DNA of 63,466 nt, counting the filler, from Chiloscyllium plagiosum (taxonomy: Eukaryota): NCBI RefSeq assembly GCF_004010195.1. It is 4 parts of one record of this genome, joined end to end, with 100 filler letters (N's around TTAATTAATTAA, not from the genome) between each part and the next. Parts side by side here need not be neighbours in the genome. Positions count along the whole stretch, not along the records: positions 32,309 to 50,581 come from NC_057712.1; 3 more parts are not named here. The stretch is one strand, 5' to 3'. The position numbers and the translations under genes were made by a program. The notes beneath the pieces were generated by a model. That model had not been told where the DNA came from and ran no database searches. It saw only the letters and a program-made list of their open reading frames with translations. Of the stretch, positions 36,826-50,329 are shown in pieces (within the stretch, counting starts at the first letter, position 1; each line of letters starts with the position of its first letter).

Positions 36826-39800
36826 CTGGGGAGAATCTGTGGAGAGGATCTCCAAGAAGATCACACATATCAACACAGACGTCGAGTTTCCACAGAAATG
36901 CAGGAAAGCAGGAAAAATCCCAAAAGGATTATGGATCTCAAGCCCACTCAAGTCGATCTACAACACAAACTACGCGGAGAGACTTTGCCAATGCACCTTG
37001 CACAAACTCCTCAATCATCTTGCGTACCAACTCTACAGCAGGCACAACAACCTTGAAATTAAGATGGAGTCCACACTCTCAGCCTGCATTCAGAATACAG
37101 CAGTACAGATACGGTACATTTCCAAACAGGCAAGGCGACATAACTACACCACGCACATGCACACCAAGAACAAGAAACTGGAAAAACTTGGCATCACCAC
37201 CAGCAGTAGCGAAGCCCACCCTGGCACCACAGTGAAAAATGTTATTACCATGGGGAAGTCAATTATCGACTTATCGGACCACACCCCTCAACTGGAAGAG
37301 ATTGAAGTTCTTCGCAGAGGGTCTCAATTTCTGCCCTACCACTAAAGTGGACTCCATGGGTCTTGCAGCAGTCACAGAGGAATTCATCAGATGAATGAGA
37401 CTCCAGGAATTGTTTCATGAAGCCAGCAGTGATCCCAGTGAGCCCACCGAGGAACTGGAACAGTCATCACAGGGATCCATAGAGGAGTGACCAAAGGAGG
37501 AGTCAACTTGGACCCCACCAGAGAGCCACTGCCCTGGGCTTGACATGTTTGCTCAAACCGACAGGAAATATATAAATGCCAGGTACATCAGAGGCACTCA
37601 CAAGCTAGAACAAAACATCACCCGATCACAACGCAACACCATCCATGCTCTCAAAAGCAATCACAACATTTTCATCAAACCAACAGATAAAGGAGGAGCT
37701 ATCATCATTCAGAATAGAACAGATTACTGCAACAAAGTGTACCAACAACCGTACAACCAGGAACACTACAGGCAAATACTGGCCGATCTGACCAAAAAAG
37801 CACACCCGTGAACTAAACACATTGATCAGGACTTTAGATCCAGTCCTTCAGAGTTCCCTACGTGCCCTCATCCTACGTACTTCTCGCGTAGGCGACTTCT
37901 ACTGACTTCCGAAGATACATAAAGCCAACATACCAGGACGTCCCATCGTATCAGGCAATGGCACCCTGTGTGAGAACCACTCTGGCTATGTTGAAGGCAT
38001 CTTGAAACCCATTGTACAAGGGACCCCGCAGCTTCTGTTATGACAGTACAGATTTCTTACAGAAACTCAGCACCACGACCAGTCGAACCAGGAACATTTC
38101 TCATCACAATGGACGTTTCAACACTGTACAGCAGCATTCCCCACAATGACAGCATGGTGGCAACAGCCTCAGTACTCAACACCAACAACTGCCAATCTCC
38201 GAGCACCGTCCTACAACTCATCCGCTGTATCCTTGACCAAAACATTTTCACCTTTGACAATCAGTTCCTTCATCCAGACACACGGAACAGCCAAGAGACC
38301 AGGTTAGCACTCCAATATGCCACTATTTTCAAGCACAGGTTCAAACACAACTTCTTCTTACACAGGACCTCCAAACAAGACTATACACCAAATATATTGA
38401 CAGACATGTTCTTCCTCTGGACCCATGGCAAGTAATCACTGAAACAACTACAGAGTGATATCAATGAGTTTCATCCCACCATCAAACTCACCATGAACTA
38501 CCCTCTAGTATCTGTCTCATCCATGGACAAATGCATCTCCATCAAGGATGAGCACCTCAACACCTCACTCTACTGCAAATCCACAGATAATCTCATGATG
38601 CTACACTTCTCCGGCTTCCACCTGAAACATCATAGAACAGCCATCCCCTACGGACAATCCCTAAGCATACATAGGATCTGTTCAGATGAGGAGCAACTTA
38701 GAAACACTCAAGGAGGCCCTCATAAGAACAAAGTTTAAAATCACACAACACCAGGTTATAGTCTAACAGGTTTAATTGGAAGCACACTAGCTTTCGGAGC
38801 GACGCTCCTTCATCAGGTGAATGTCTTCTGGTGATTGACAATCACTTGATGAAGGAGCGTCGCTCCGAAAGCTAGTGTGCTTCCAATTAAACCTGTTGGA
38901 CTATAAACCTGGTGTTGTGTGATTTTTAACTTTATACACCCCAGTCCAACATCGGCATCTTCAAATCATGACTCATAAGAACAGGGTACGATGCTCAACA
39001 CATCGACTGCCAGTTCCGACGTGCCACAGCAAGGAACCGTAATGACCTCCTCAGGAGACAGACACGTGCTGCAACAAACAGGGTACCCTTCGTTGTCCAA
39101 TACTTCCCAGGAGCTGAAAAACTACGCCATGTTCTTCATGACCTGCAACATATTATCAATGAGGATGAGCACCTCGCCAAGACCTTCCCCACGCCTCCAC
39201 TCTTCACCTTTAAACATCCACCAAACCTCAAGCAGATCATTGTTCACAGCAAACTGCCTGGCTTTCCAGACAACACCATACAATCCTGTTGCGGCAGACA
39301 CTGCAAGATGTGTCAGAGTGTCAACACAGATTCCACCATTACATGTGGGAACACCTCTCACCATGTACACAACAAGTACTCATGTGACTCGGCCAACATT
39401 GTCTATCTCATACGCTGCAGGCAAGGATGCCCTGAGGCATGGTACATTGGGGAAACCAAGCAAAGGCTACGGCAACAGATGAATGGGCACCGCACAACAA
39501 TCAACAGACTGGAGTGTTCCCTACCAGTCGGAGAACACTTCAGCGATCTGGAACATTCGACCTCGGACCTTCGGGACAGGCAACAACGCAAAGTGGCCGA
39601 GCAGAGGCTGATAGCCAAGTTCGGTACCCATGGTATAAGTTTATGGGCTGAATTTGTTTATTTTGCTCAAAAACAGCATGAATCCACGTAAGATTCTGTA
39701 AATCCCTGTTTTAGATTAGAATCGGGGCACAGACAGCCTCACACAGGGCACTTCACACCTTCAATGATTTTCTGGGACAACATGGTAGCTATTGTTAAAG

Positions 39801-40070
39801 TTCACTTGAGAATGTAACTTTAAGAAAGTTCTGGGATTTACATATGAAAGAACTGAAACCAACATGGTCATTCTTAAAGATAAGAGACTTAACAAACAAT
39901 CCAGGTCTTTTTTCATGTATAATTTCAGTTACATCCCACTGTAAACTTTTGCTATAAATTCCATGTCCTACAATCTTATACTCTATAGCCACCTGATGAA
40001 GGAGCAGCGCTCTGAAAGCAAGTGCTTCGAAATAAACCTGTTGGACTATAACCTGGTGTTGTGTGATTTT
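36826..40070 (+). mobile_element. Near full-length Penelope-like element (family B): N-terminus, RT, Cys-linker, GIY-YIG, 3' pLTR; decayed
   Basis: KIPKGL; IKPTDKGGAIII; LPKIHK..PGRPIVSG; MDVSTLYSSIPH; CCGRHCKMC; IVYLIRCRQGCPEAWYIGETKQRLRQQMNGHR; degenerate hammerhead at 39993-40021. Confidence 0.93.
38731..38971. mobile_element. Fold-back mini-PLE family B inserted in a family-B PLE ORF
   Basis: ~90-bp inverted arms; hammerheads 38788-38816(-) and 38846-38874(+); perfect TSD ctcataagaaca at 38719-38730 and 38972-38983. Confidence 0.92.
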
Positions 40071-41401
40071 TATCTCTGTAAAATGTATCCTTCTTGCAAC
40101 CTGTTTTTCCATCTATTTTTGATGCCATCTGAAAATTTGGCTACAGTACATCCACTTCCTCCAAGTCATTATATTGTAAACACTTATGGTCCCAGCACTG
40201 ATCCATGTGGAACACTTATCCCTAGTCACTGTTTCCTACCCAATAATCAATTCTCTATTCGGGCCAATGTAATACCTTCAACACCATGGTGTCTTATCTT
40301 ACAATTTAACCTTTCGTGATTCCACCCAATATCACAGTTTCCTCATTGTCATTGAGTCAGAATCCTCAATCTCCAAGCTTCACATCACTTCCAGTTTCCA
40401 GGCTGTGGCACGTAAAATTTCATCACACAAACTGCAGCTGTTCAAGACAGCAATTTATCAACAAATTCTGTAGAATAATTATACATGGACAATAAATTCC
40501 AATTTGCTGATGGTGCCCATATACCACGATTGAAGAAAAAAATGGTTATGGATGAGCTATCTCTTGATACCCATCGTTAACCATAGTGGTTTCTACTTAA
40601 CACAAGATTTTGTAATATTGAAAGGATGTATTCAGATGGTCATAAAGTTTTTAATTTGGATAGACCAATAAGATGTATTTCATGTTGGTCAGATTACTAT
40701 TTTTATTTCTTGGCAGGGCTGATTTAAGTAAGCAACCACATTTACATTAGTTGTTTAATCTGCTTTCCCGTGAATTATCTGATCCAATAAAAAAGATCAG
40801 AATGCATGAGTCCCTTTGAAATCACTTACCTAAAGTCAATAACATCCATTTCTTAGTCCACAGGGCTGCATTTATCAATGCAAAGAGTAACTCAGAATTG
40901 AGAGAACTGAATTTATCGCCAAGAGGGGGTGAAAAACAATCAATCAGTTGTCCGTTTTTTTTGTTTGTTAATCACTGTTGGACAGTACCATGGGTGTCAA
41001 GTGAGAATAAGAGATGTATATTCTTTGGCTGCTTCGTGAAATGCAAAAAATGCTGCTTCAAAACACATGAAATAGCCCAACAAAGGCAGCTGGGGTCAAA
41101 ATTGCTCAAAAGCCAAAATCAGCTGGACAACTAGCATTCTGTGAAACTTCTGGTGGGTCTGAACTGCTAACTATTGTTTAATAACCTTGTCTCCAAGAAA
41201 ATCCCAGCATAATAGAATTGTCAGTAAAACATAACCTAGAAGAAGATGTGTCAATGACTTTCCACTTGACCTTTGGGGTGGGCCATATGTAGCTGGTTAC
41301 CTGCAATGCATGCTGTTGTCTTTTTGGTAATTGTTTCTCCCCCACCCAAGGATGTTTGGTCACATGACTCTTGTAGTATTGAACCCTTTCGAAACTTTTG
41401 C

Positions 41402-41600
41402 ATAGAATAGAAATTTATTGTCACATGTACTTTTACACGAAAAATACAGTGAAGAGTTTTACAAGTCACCACACTGTGGCGCCTGTATTAATGACAGAAG
41501 TCATACGCAATAATGAAAATACATATAATTAAGACAAATTTTTGTCACAGTTCAGTTAATGGCTCCTGGGTGTGGGGAAAGCCGAGTAAGGAACAATGGA
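41402..41600 (-). mobile_element. Rex1/Babar-like LINE 3' end
   Basis: 'tttattgtcacatgtac..tacagtgaa' terminus, similar to 47185-47440. Confidence 0.5.
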
Positions 41601-42579
41601 AATTCCTGAAGATACAGCCAGGACAAGATTGTCATTCTGGGCTGAGAATGCCATGACAGGACATGCATGGACAAGATGGCAGGCTGGGTTGCTGGAATAC
41701 TGAGCCGGAAGCCTGCAGCAAATGAGACCACCTTGTTGGGCAGCTGGAAGCCACCTCATCACTGGGCCAGGAGAAGCCTTCTGCAGCCCATCTGAACGCT
41801 TCCCTAGAAACGGCCATCGATCTGCGAAACATCCCTTTCACTGATAGCTCCGCTCCTTCAGGTGCCTAGGCCCAGCTGCGGAGATGGGGCCTTCATGTCT
41901 GGGCTGGGGGAGTAGGCCCAGGACCTGCATCTCACTCGATGGGAGACTCAGGACTAGGGTGGAGCCATGTGTGGTTTGCCCTGGAGTTGCTGCATTGCTG
42001 CCAGAGGCCTCCTCCTTCACCCACTACTCTTCAGGGTTTAAAGGTAAGAAAACAATGAGAAAAGAGATAGAGTAAAAGTGAAAAAGGAGAAAATAAGAGA
42101 AAGAAAGTTGATGAGAGCAGATGAACCCCGGCCTCAACTTCCCTACTCAACCATCATCTTGGATGCCTCACAATTTTCAAAGAGTGGTCAACATTTCCTG
42201 ATTATATCAAAGCTCCTAATGATACGCCGACAATCAAAAAACAACCAGCAACCTGCATTTGTGTTTTCTACAGATAAAACCTGCTTTGGCTGCTCTTTTT
42301 TTCCTTGATTCAATCTGCTTCCTTTATATGTTTATGAGTTTGACTGTCTTGAGAACTATTAACCCAATTCCCCATGTCTGTGAAATAAATACTACTTCTG
42401 GATTAATTTTACAATCTTGATTAACTCTGGCAATCCTTACAAAGTTAGGGTCCATGAACACAAGGAGTATGGGAAATACACACCCACTACTTAAAAAGGG
42501 GAAAATTAGAGCATACCCATATTGACATGTGGTGAGCTATGGAGAAAAAATTGTTTTAAAACTCACAATCTGACTATAA

Positions 42580-42740
42580 CAGCATGGATAGGAAGAGTAT
42601 AGAGGGATATGAGCCAAATGCTGGCAAGTAGAAGTAGATTAATTTAGGATATCTGATCGGCATGAATGAGTTGGACTGAAGGGTCTGTTTTCATGTCCTA
42701 CATGTCTATGACCCTATGACTCCATGACTCCATGACTCCA
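42580..42740 (+). mobile_element. CR1 3' UTR with (ATGACTCC)n tail
   Basis: 'ggactgaagggtctg..ctatgaccctatgactccatgactccatgactcca'. Confidence 0.8.
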
Positions 42741-43199
42741 ATGAATGGAGACTTTGGCCCCTGGTTCCCAATAGGTTCAATATGACGTTGAGTCCTAGGA
42801 TGGTCAATTACTGTCTTGGTAACAACGATAGTCATTACTGGCTCATCTTTGCTGTCCAGCTCCTTTGCACCAGTAATGAGGTCTATAACTAAATATCCAA
42901 GTGGAAGTTAAAACGAGCTTCAGTGAACAAGATGTGGTCAGTAGGTGGCACTTGATGTCACTTTGAATTACAGCATTCATTATTTTGCTGATAATTAAGA
43001 CTGATTGGACAATAACTGGCCAGATTGTATTTTCCCTTTCTGTGTTTCCTTGTCCGCTCAATAATTTCTAATCTCTGTTAGTTTTCATGGAATTAGTATA
43101 TCTCCTCAAGAGAAGCCTTTCTATATCATTGTGAATCATAGTTCCAAAATATACAAGCCCTCATCTATTTCATCAATCTGAATTCCTTCACACTAGTTG

Positions 43200-43590
43200 G
43201 TTGCCTTCTTATTTTTCCTGTCAAATCCCATTCACCGTTTCACCTCTTCCCATTTATGTAATCTCTTCCAGTTTTACCCAAATTCCAAGATTTCTAGATT
43301 ATTCCAATTCTGATCTCTTGCACATCCCCAATTTATATTGCAGCAAGACCCCCATACCCGCAACTATTAAGACTCTAAGCTCTGGAATTCTCTCTTTAAA
43401 GTCTGTCACACTTCTTAGTTCTCTCTTCCTTTTTGAAGTTCTTCTTCAAAAAGCCTACTCTTTATCAAGAATCTGTTACCCTTGTCCTAATAACTCATGA
43501 TGCTTTTAGTGTCACATTTTGATTGTTAACATTTCTGTGAAATGGGATATTTAATTATGTTAAAGATCTTAAATAAATGGAAGTTATTTT
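43200..43590 (+). mobile_element. L2-type LINE 3' end (old)
   Basis: 'ctctggaattctctc..aaagcctactcttt..ctgtgaa..gttaaag..aaatggaagtt' resembles the L2/Deu-SINE tail. Confidence 0.5.
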
Positions 43591-43749
43591 AGTGTGGTCT
43601 TTTTACATAAGCCCGAGTGCACTATAGATTCCCACAAAACTGCAGTCAGTTCTTCTTGTGCAATCATTTATGGCCAATATGTTAGTGCAGCTTTAAAGTA
43701 CATGGTATGTCAATATCCTTTTAAAAGGCTTATTCATGACATCAAAGGA

Positions 43750-44170
43750 CTGTGAGATATAACAGCAGAATTAGGCCATTTGGCCCACTGAATCTGCTCC
43801 ACCATTCAATTATGGCTGATATGTTTCTCAACCCCATTCTTCTGCTTTCTCCCTGTAATCCTTGACCCCCTTACCAATCAAGAACCTAACTATCTCTGTC
43901 TAAAAGACACTCAATGACTTGGCCTCCACAGCTCTCTGCAGCAATGAGTTCCACAGATTCACCATCCTCTGGCTGAAAACATTCCTCCCCATCTCTAAAG
44001 GTTGGCCCTTTACTCTGAGGCTGTGCCCTCAGGTCCCAGTCTTTCCTACTAGTGGTAACATCTCCACATCCACTCTATCTAGACCTCTCACTATTCTGTA
44101 AGTTTCAATGAACTCCCCCTTTATCCTTCTAAACTCCATTGAGTGCAGACCCAGAATCCTAACCACTCCT
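43750..44170 (-). mobile_element. CR1 3' end
   Basis: Same UTR family as 10611-11200. Confidence 0.85.
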
Positions 44171-44654
44171 GTATCTTGTATGACACGGTATCATGGCATG
44201 AGCCCCAACAATGTAAAGATTTTGCATTCATTCATACCTCAGATCACTTGAACATTAGCCCAGAAATTTAGGTGTCTGTGGAATGTAACGTTTATATCTA
44301 TGTTTCTAACTATAATAAACATCTGTTGGATTCTTCAATACTATGATATTCACACACAGTTAACATAAGCACTGCTGCTTCCAGTAAAATACTCTATTGG
44401 AGGCAAAAATACAAGTTCTTTTAAATATGAATTAACCTTTTAGGTTACGTCTAGAGGGAGCAGCAACACATGATGCTAACATCTCAACAAATGTGACAGT
44501 CTCCTTAAATTAATCATTTCAAAAAATGAAAGTTAAGTGCAGATTTAACTGCAAAGGGAGAAAGTTAATGGATTGTTTGGCCTCACAGCCAAGCCTTTGC
44601 CATATTATTTGGTGTCCATCTTTGAAAACTTAATTCTGTGACCTCTGGATACTT

Positions 44655-45255
44655 ATAGAGTCATAGAGATGTACAGCGTGGAAACAGACACTTCAGTCCA
44701 ACTCGTCAATGCCAACCAATTTTTCAAACTTAATCTCACCCCATTGGCCAGCACTTGGCCCATACTCCTGTAAACCATTCCTATTCATAAACTCATCAAG
44801 ATGCCTTTTAAATGTTGTAATTGTACTAGCCTCCACCACTTCCCCTGGCAGCTCATTCCATACATGCACCACCCTCTGTATGGAAAAGGTGCCTCTTAGA
44901 TCCCTTTTATACGGTGGCACAGTGGTTAGCACTGCTGCCTCACAGCGCTAGAGACCCGGGTTCAGGCGACTGACTGTGTTTGCACGTTCTCCCCGTGTCT
45001 GCGTGGGTTTCCTCCGGGTGCTCCGGTTTCCTCCCACAGTCCAAAGATGTGCAGGTCAGGTGAATTGGCCGTGCTAAATTGCCCGGGAGTGTTAGGTAAG
45101 GGGTAAATGTAAGGGTATGGGTGGGTTGCGCTTCAGCGGGGCGGTGTGGACATGTTGGGCCAAAGGGCCTGTTTTCACTCTGTAAGTAATCTAATCTATA
45201 TCTTTCCTCTCTCACCCTAGAGCTATGATCTCTAGTTTTGGACAGCCCCACCCTG
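44655..45255 (-). mobile_element. CR1 3' end interrupted by SINE
   Basis: RVVHVWNELPGEVVEA; resumes at ~45199. Confidence 0.85.
44910..45198 (+). mobile_element. HE1-like V-SINE, (TCTAA)n tail
   Basis: acggtggcacagtggttagcactgctgcctcacagc..gggttca..; tail 'aagtaatctaatcta'. Confidence 0.9.
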
Positions 45256-46239
45256 ATATAGTGATCAGGCTATCCTTTCCTCTCTTCCATCCATAAGTAC
45301 TCTTGCCCCACAACTGGCTGAGAACAGGCTAATGATCAAAGGCCTTGAAATCCTGAATCAAACTCCTGGACCTCCTTCCCAAACTGCACTGTTTGTGCCA
45401 CCTGCAGCCATTCAAGAAGACAGCATGCCAACATCTTCTCAACGGCAATTAGGAATGGGTGATAAATGCTGACCAATCTGTGATACCCAGACCCCATAAA
45501 CAAATGCAAAAATAGCAGGCATCCTGGTACTTTTCATGTCTTTAAAATTTGAGCCAATTTTACAGTTTGCAGTGAAGTAGGGTTCTCATTGCTGACCTCA
45601 AAGTAAGTTTCACCAAGATTTAATAATAATTTCTTATCTATCATTATGTAGTTATGTTGCAATAAATTTAACGCTTATTTACTGGACATTCCCAATGCAA
45701 AGTTTGAATGGTATCAAGCAGCCAATCACATTAAATATTTTTCACAGATACAAGCAAAACACTCTTCACTGCATCAATACAATAATTCAATAGATCCATG
45801 TAACAATAAATCACCCACACATTCATTCATTCAGTTATTCATTCATTAATTTATTTAAAAAACTTAAGGGACTGGAATAAAATCAATATCAGTGTTTTAG
45901 AGCAGTTTCAAGATTGGGACACACACACACACAAGGTAAACGGAGAAGCTAAGGTATTCTACAAATGAATTTTTAATTTTAAAAAAATGCTTAAAGCATC
46001 TAATCGTTTAATGGTACATCATGATTTTAAAATCATATTTTCAGGATAAAATCTGTTATTCATCAGATACATTAACTATATCACCATTAAAACAATTAGA
46101 TCTGATTGAACAAAATGTAATGCTGCTTCTAACAGTAATATGGGAGTACCAAAGTTGATTTTCATGATTGCTAGCTCTGGGTATGGACCACAGCACAGCT
46201 TTTGACAGGTTGTTTAGTGATAGGCCATAACTTCAGGAC

Positions 46240-46358
46240 GAGGTAAAAACAATGACTGCAGATGCTGGAAACAAGACTCTGGATCAGTGGTGCTGGAAGA
46301 GCACAGCAATTCAGGCAGCGTCCGAGGACAGGCAAAATCGATGTTTCGGGCAAAAGCT
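46240..46358 (-). mobile_element. PLE family A' pLTR+tail fragment
   Basis: rc of 65-143 plus tail 'aggtaaaaacaatgactgcagatgctgg'. Confidence 0.8.
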
Positions 46359-47179
46359 GCGTTTGCCCAATATCCTGAGATTATGTCAGGGTCAGAGGGG
46401 CAATGAAGGCAAACTCTGACACTTCACCACCTGCCAGCTCCTGCTTTCACACTTCTTCAAAGTTGGGCACAAGATATCAGATGCTTCTCCACTAAGGGAC
46501 ACAGTATTTCTTACAGATCGGCTAATTATTACTTACACATTATCGAACTGTATGCACCTTATGTTAGACATTTATAACATTATAGTTTGGCAAATGAATA
46601 TCAAGACTGCTGATCAAATATGGCTTTTGCTGATGCAGGGAATTCCACTGCTTATCTGTAAACTGTTCAATCATTCATGGAAGCTTTTTTTAAATCTTAA
46701 AGGACTTTCTCATCCTTTCATCTTTTGCATGTTACTTAGACACAGAGTTTCCTTTATGTATTATTCATGAAAATGATACAAAATCAATGAGGAAAAATTA
46801 CATTTTGAAAGTATATCAGTCATGGACAGCATATTGCGCAGAAAGATGGAGTTTGGTCCATTGTGCATGTGTTGGCCGTTTGTTAGAGTTATTTATTGCA
46901 TACCTTGGAGCTTTCTAATTTATTTTACATTTCAAGTATTTACGCAATTTGATTTTAAAAGTTACTATTGAATCTACTCCCACCACCCTTCGAAGCAATG
47001 CATTCTAGAACATCGTAGCTCATTGGATTAAAAAGAATTCTCAAGTCATATCATTCATAATTTTAACGATCACCATCTTAATTCTGTGAATTCTAATTAT
47101 CAATCAGTCTTCTATAAGAAACATGATCTCATCAATTATTATATCTACTTCTGCAAAAACTGCCTTTAATTTTCTCTAT

Positions 47180-47440
47180 TTGATTTGATTTAATTTTATT
47201 ATTGCCAGATGTACTGAGACACAGTGAAAAGTATTGTTTCGGGTGCTATCCAGACAAATCAAGCCTTACATAAGTACATCAGGGTAATAGAGCAGAATGC
47301 AGAATATAGTGTTACAACTACAGAGAAGGTGCAGAGAAAGAACAACTTTAATATATGAGAGTTCTGTTCCAAAGTCTGATAACAGCGAGGAAGAAGCTGT
47401 TCTCGAATCTGTTGGCATGCGTTTTCAAATATTTGTATCC
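47180..47440 (-). mobile_element. Rex1/Babar-like LINE 3' end
   Basis: 'ctgataacagcgaggaagaagctgttctcgaatctgttgg' shared with 61690-61730. Confidence 0.6.
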
Positions 47441-47544
47441 ACAGTCAGGTAAACAACTCCAGTTTTTTAAAATCTTTCTTCCCTGATAAAATTCAAGTAG
47501 ATCTTCTCAAGGGGACTCGTTAGCTTAATTGGCAAGATGGCTTT

Positions 47545-47701
47545 CAGTCCAAATATGTGCAGGTTAGGTGAATTGGCCATGCTAAATTGCCCGTAGTGTT
47601 AGGTGAAGGGATCTGGGTGGGTTGCTCTTCGGAGGGTCAGTGTGAACTTGTTGGGCTGAAGGGCCTGTTTCCACACTGTAAGTAATCTAATCTAATCTAA
47701 A
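47545..47701 (+). mobile_element. HE1-like SINE 3' half, (TCTAA)n tail
   Basis: 'gtccaaa.atgtgcaggttagg..cactgtaagtaatctaatctaatctaa'. Confidence 0.85.
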
Positions 47702-47989
47702 ATGGCTCAAGTTAAAGTGTCTGTAGACAATGAACCATGGGGCTCCCTTGAGTAGAACTTAAAGGAATAGTAACATCTTCTTAACAACATTTACAAATCC
47801 TTGACATCCATCATAAAGTTTGGTGTCAGAGATTGAATGCAATACTCTAGCTAAGGCCCAATCAACGCTTTATAAAATTTTGGTAACGTTTCCGCGCTTT
47901 TGTAATTGACACATGTATTAAGGTTTGGGGGGTGCACTACTTCCTTTTTGGTCCCACTCCTTCACTGATCACAGCATATTATAAAATTG

Positions 47990-48118
47990 ATTTGGAGCTG
48001 CCGGTGTTGGACTGACAATATGTTGAAGGTGTTAGCCTCCTGTGTTCTCTGTCTATGACCTGATGTTTAGATTGATTATAATCTAAAAAGTGAGATAACA
48101 GAGTTTTACATAAATTTA
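47990..48118 (-). mobile_element. PLE family B tail + pLTR fragment with internal deletion
   Basis: 'ttggagctgccggtgttggactg' fused to 'acaatatgttgaaggtgtt..ctctgtctatgacctgatgtttagattg'. Confidence 0.7.
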
Positions 48119-49711
48119 CATCCTTTCCACAGCTAGAACCCAACTATCTCCCACCCGCCAGATTGGATCACCATGGCCTCTGGACCAGATCCAAACCTCA
48201 AACCGGATCCCAATCTGGTTCACCAAAAACACCACTCCTGACTGGATATAACCTCATTCCTTCCCTATTACTGTGCCTGAAATCCCCAAATCTGAACCCA
48301 GTCCAATCTGTCCTAACTACCCCATGTCATTTGGCACCTTATGTATCTGCTCTGCCACGTCCACTCTTCAGTCCTACTTATACCTGCCAACCTAACACCC
48401 TACTCACCTGACATCCTATGCCTTACCTCTCTAGCATTCTATAGCAACTACCCGATCCCCTACCCACCTGGCAGTTCATTTACCTGGCAGCCTGCTGTCC
48501 CAGCACTCTAACATCACACTGACTTTATTCAACAGCAGCTGGGAATGTGGTTGGTGGGACCTTTAACTGTTGGAATATGGCTGCTGATTGCCGTAGAAAG
48601 GGGACATGATTTACACTCTTTTGTCAGTGCTGCTCTATGAAAGAATGATCAGAATGGATGCATGGCTCCACATTTCTGAGGAAGCCCTGACTAGAATCTC
48701 CAGTCAGCAATGTGGAGCTTCTTTCTTCCTTAAAGAAAGGAATCTCACCTTCATGAGATTGCCACTCCTTGGAAAATCCAACCCTACTATGTTTGTGATT
48801 TTTATTTCATTGATTTGCCAGGTTAAAATGGCATATACCCCAAGTCACAAACTTATATTTACATATGGTGTATTAAAGCATAAAGTGTTCGTCTTTCATT
48901 GGTATTTGTTCCACTGAACAGAAAGCTTTTCATTCCAGTATTTTCACTGATATACTGCTATATCACAATGTTTGACAGCACATTTCCTCAACTCTTTTCC
49001 TTCCTGAAAACTCCCTCAGAAAACCTAAATGTAAGAAAAAATACACTTTAAGATCAAATTGTGAAAACTTTCCTGCAAAACTGAATATTTAACTTCCTGC
49101 TTTGAATATTTTGAATCGATTTGAAGGCTTAAATTGAAATGTTGCTGTCTGTATGACAGGAATGAATTTTTAAAACTTTTTTTTAAAACTAAGCTGAGAG
49201 TATAAAGAATGAAAACGTCAGTGACATATATTGATCAAGACTTTCAGTGATTAAATTGATAATATTCTTTAGAACAGAGGTAATGAAATCATTCAATACC
49301 CAAATGATGTGATTTAACATTGATATTTCTGTTCCATGAATCAAGGGTATGTGCTTACTTGCGTAAACGTGTAAGGAGCCACTTATACCAAATCCGAAGA
49401 TATCTTAACCTAACCGACTCAGCAGGAAACTAAGGAAATCAGATCATCTGCGCATTTTACTCCTTATCTGAATTGAAGTCCATGGAAAGTGAAATTGCAC
49501 TGTGAAACAGGCAGCTGGTCTAATGCAATTGGTTCACAGGTTAGATTAAAATTATCAGCCGGCTGCCCTGAAAAGAAATGATCGGTTTTAAGCAATAAAG
49601 GAAAGTGAACTAAATATTTTCCAATGAATCCTGTTTTTTAAAAAGTAGTCAATCATTTGAGGCAGCTAATGTATACATAGCAATGGTGCACAAACAGCAA
49701 TGTGCTAAATA

Positions 49712-50035
49712 GTGGGAGGCAAGGGCCTATTGTTAATGCAGAGACTCAGGTAATGATCTGGGGACCTTGAGTTTAAATCCCACCATGGCAGATGTTGAAT
49801 TTTGAACTGAATAAAAACACACAGGGATTATGAGTTTAATGATGACCATGAATCCATTGTTGATTGTCAGAAAACCTTATCTGTTTCACGAATGTCCCTC
49901 AGGGAAGGAAACTGACATCCTTATCTGGTCTGGCCTATATGTGACTCCAGACCCACAGCAATGTAGTTGTTTCTTAACTGCCTCTGGGCAATTAGGGAAG
50001 TGCAATAAATGTTTCATCCCATGAATGAATAAACA
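49712..50035 (+). mobile_element. tRNA-derived SINE (same family as 9290-9615)
   Basis: 'gagtttaaatcccaccatggcagat..tggcctatatgtgactccagacccacagcaatg..gggcaattaggga'. Confidence 0.75.
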
Positions 50036-50329
50036 AAACACCAAGGCAATCAGACTTGGTGTTTTGTTTACTCATTCATGGGACGATGTAAAAGAAACAT
50101 TGAAACATTGAACAAGATCAGGCCAATTAACTCTTCAAATTTGTTGTCCGAGTCATTGAAATCATTATTTTTCTGCACTTTAACTCAATTATCCACCTTT
50201 GCTGTATATCCTATTGCAAATGAACAATCAATTATATCAATTGACCAAGCATCCACAGCCACCCTGAGGAGAGTATTTCAAATTTGTACATTTTGTGTTC
50301 TTAGGGCCAGGTAAGATGGAATGAATCAG

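Noticed and set aside
38731..38971. DNA-transposon MITE or pre-miRNA interpretation of the palindromes
   Set aside because: The arms are the pLTR of RT/GIY-YIG elements, the ends are asymmetric, and TSD length varies (12-15 bp).
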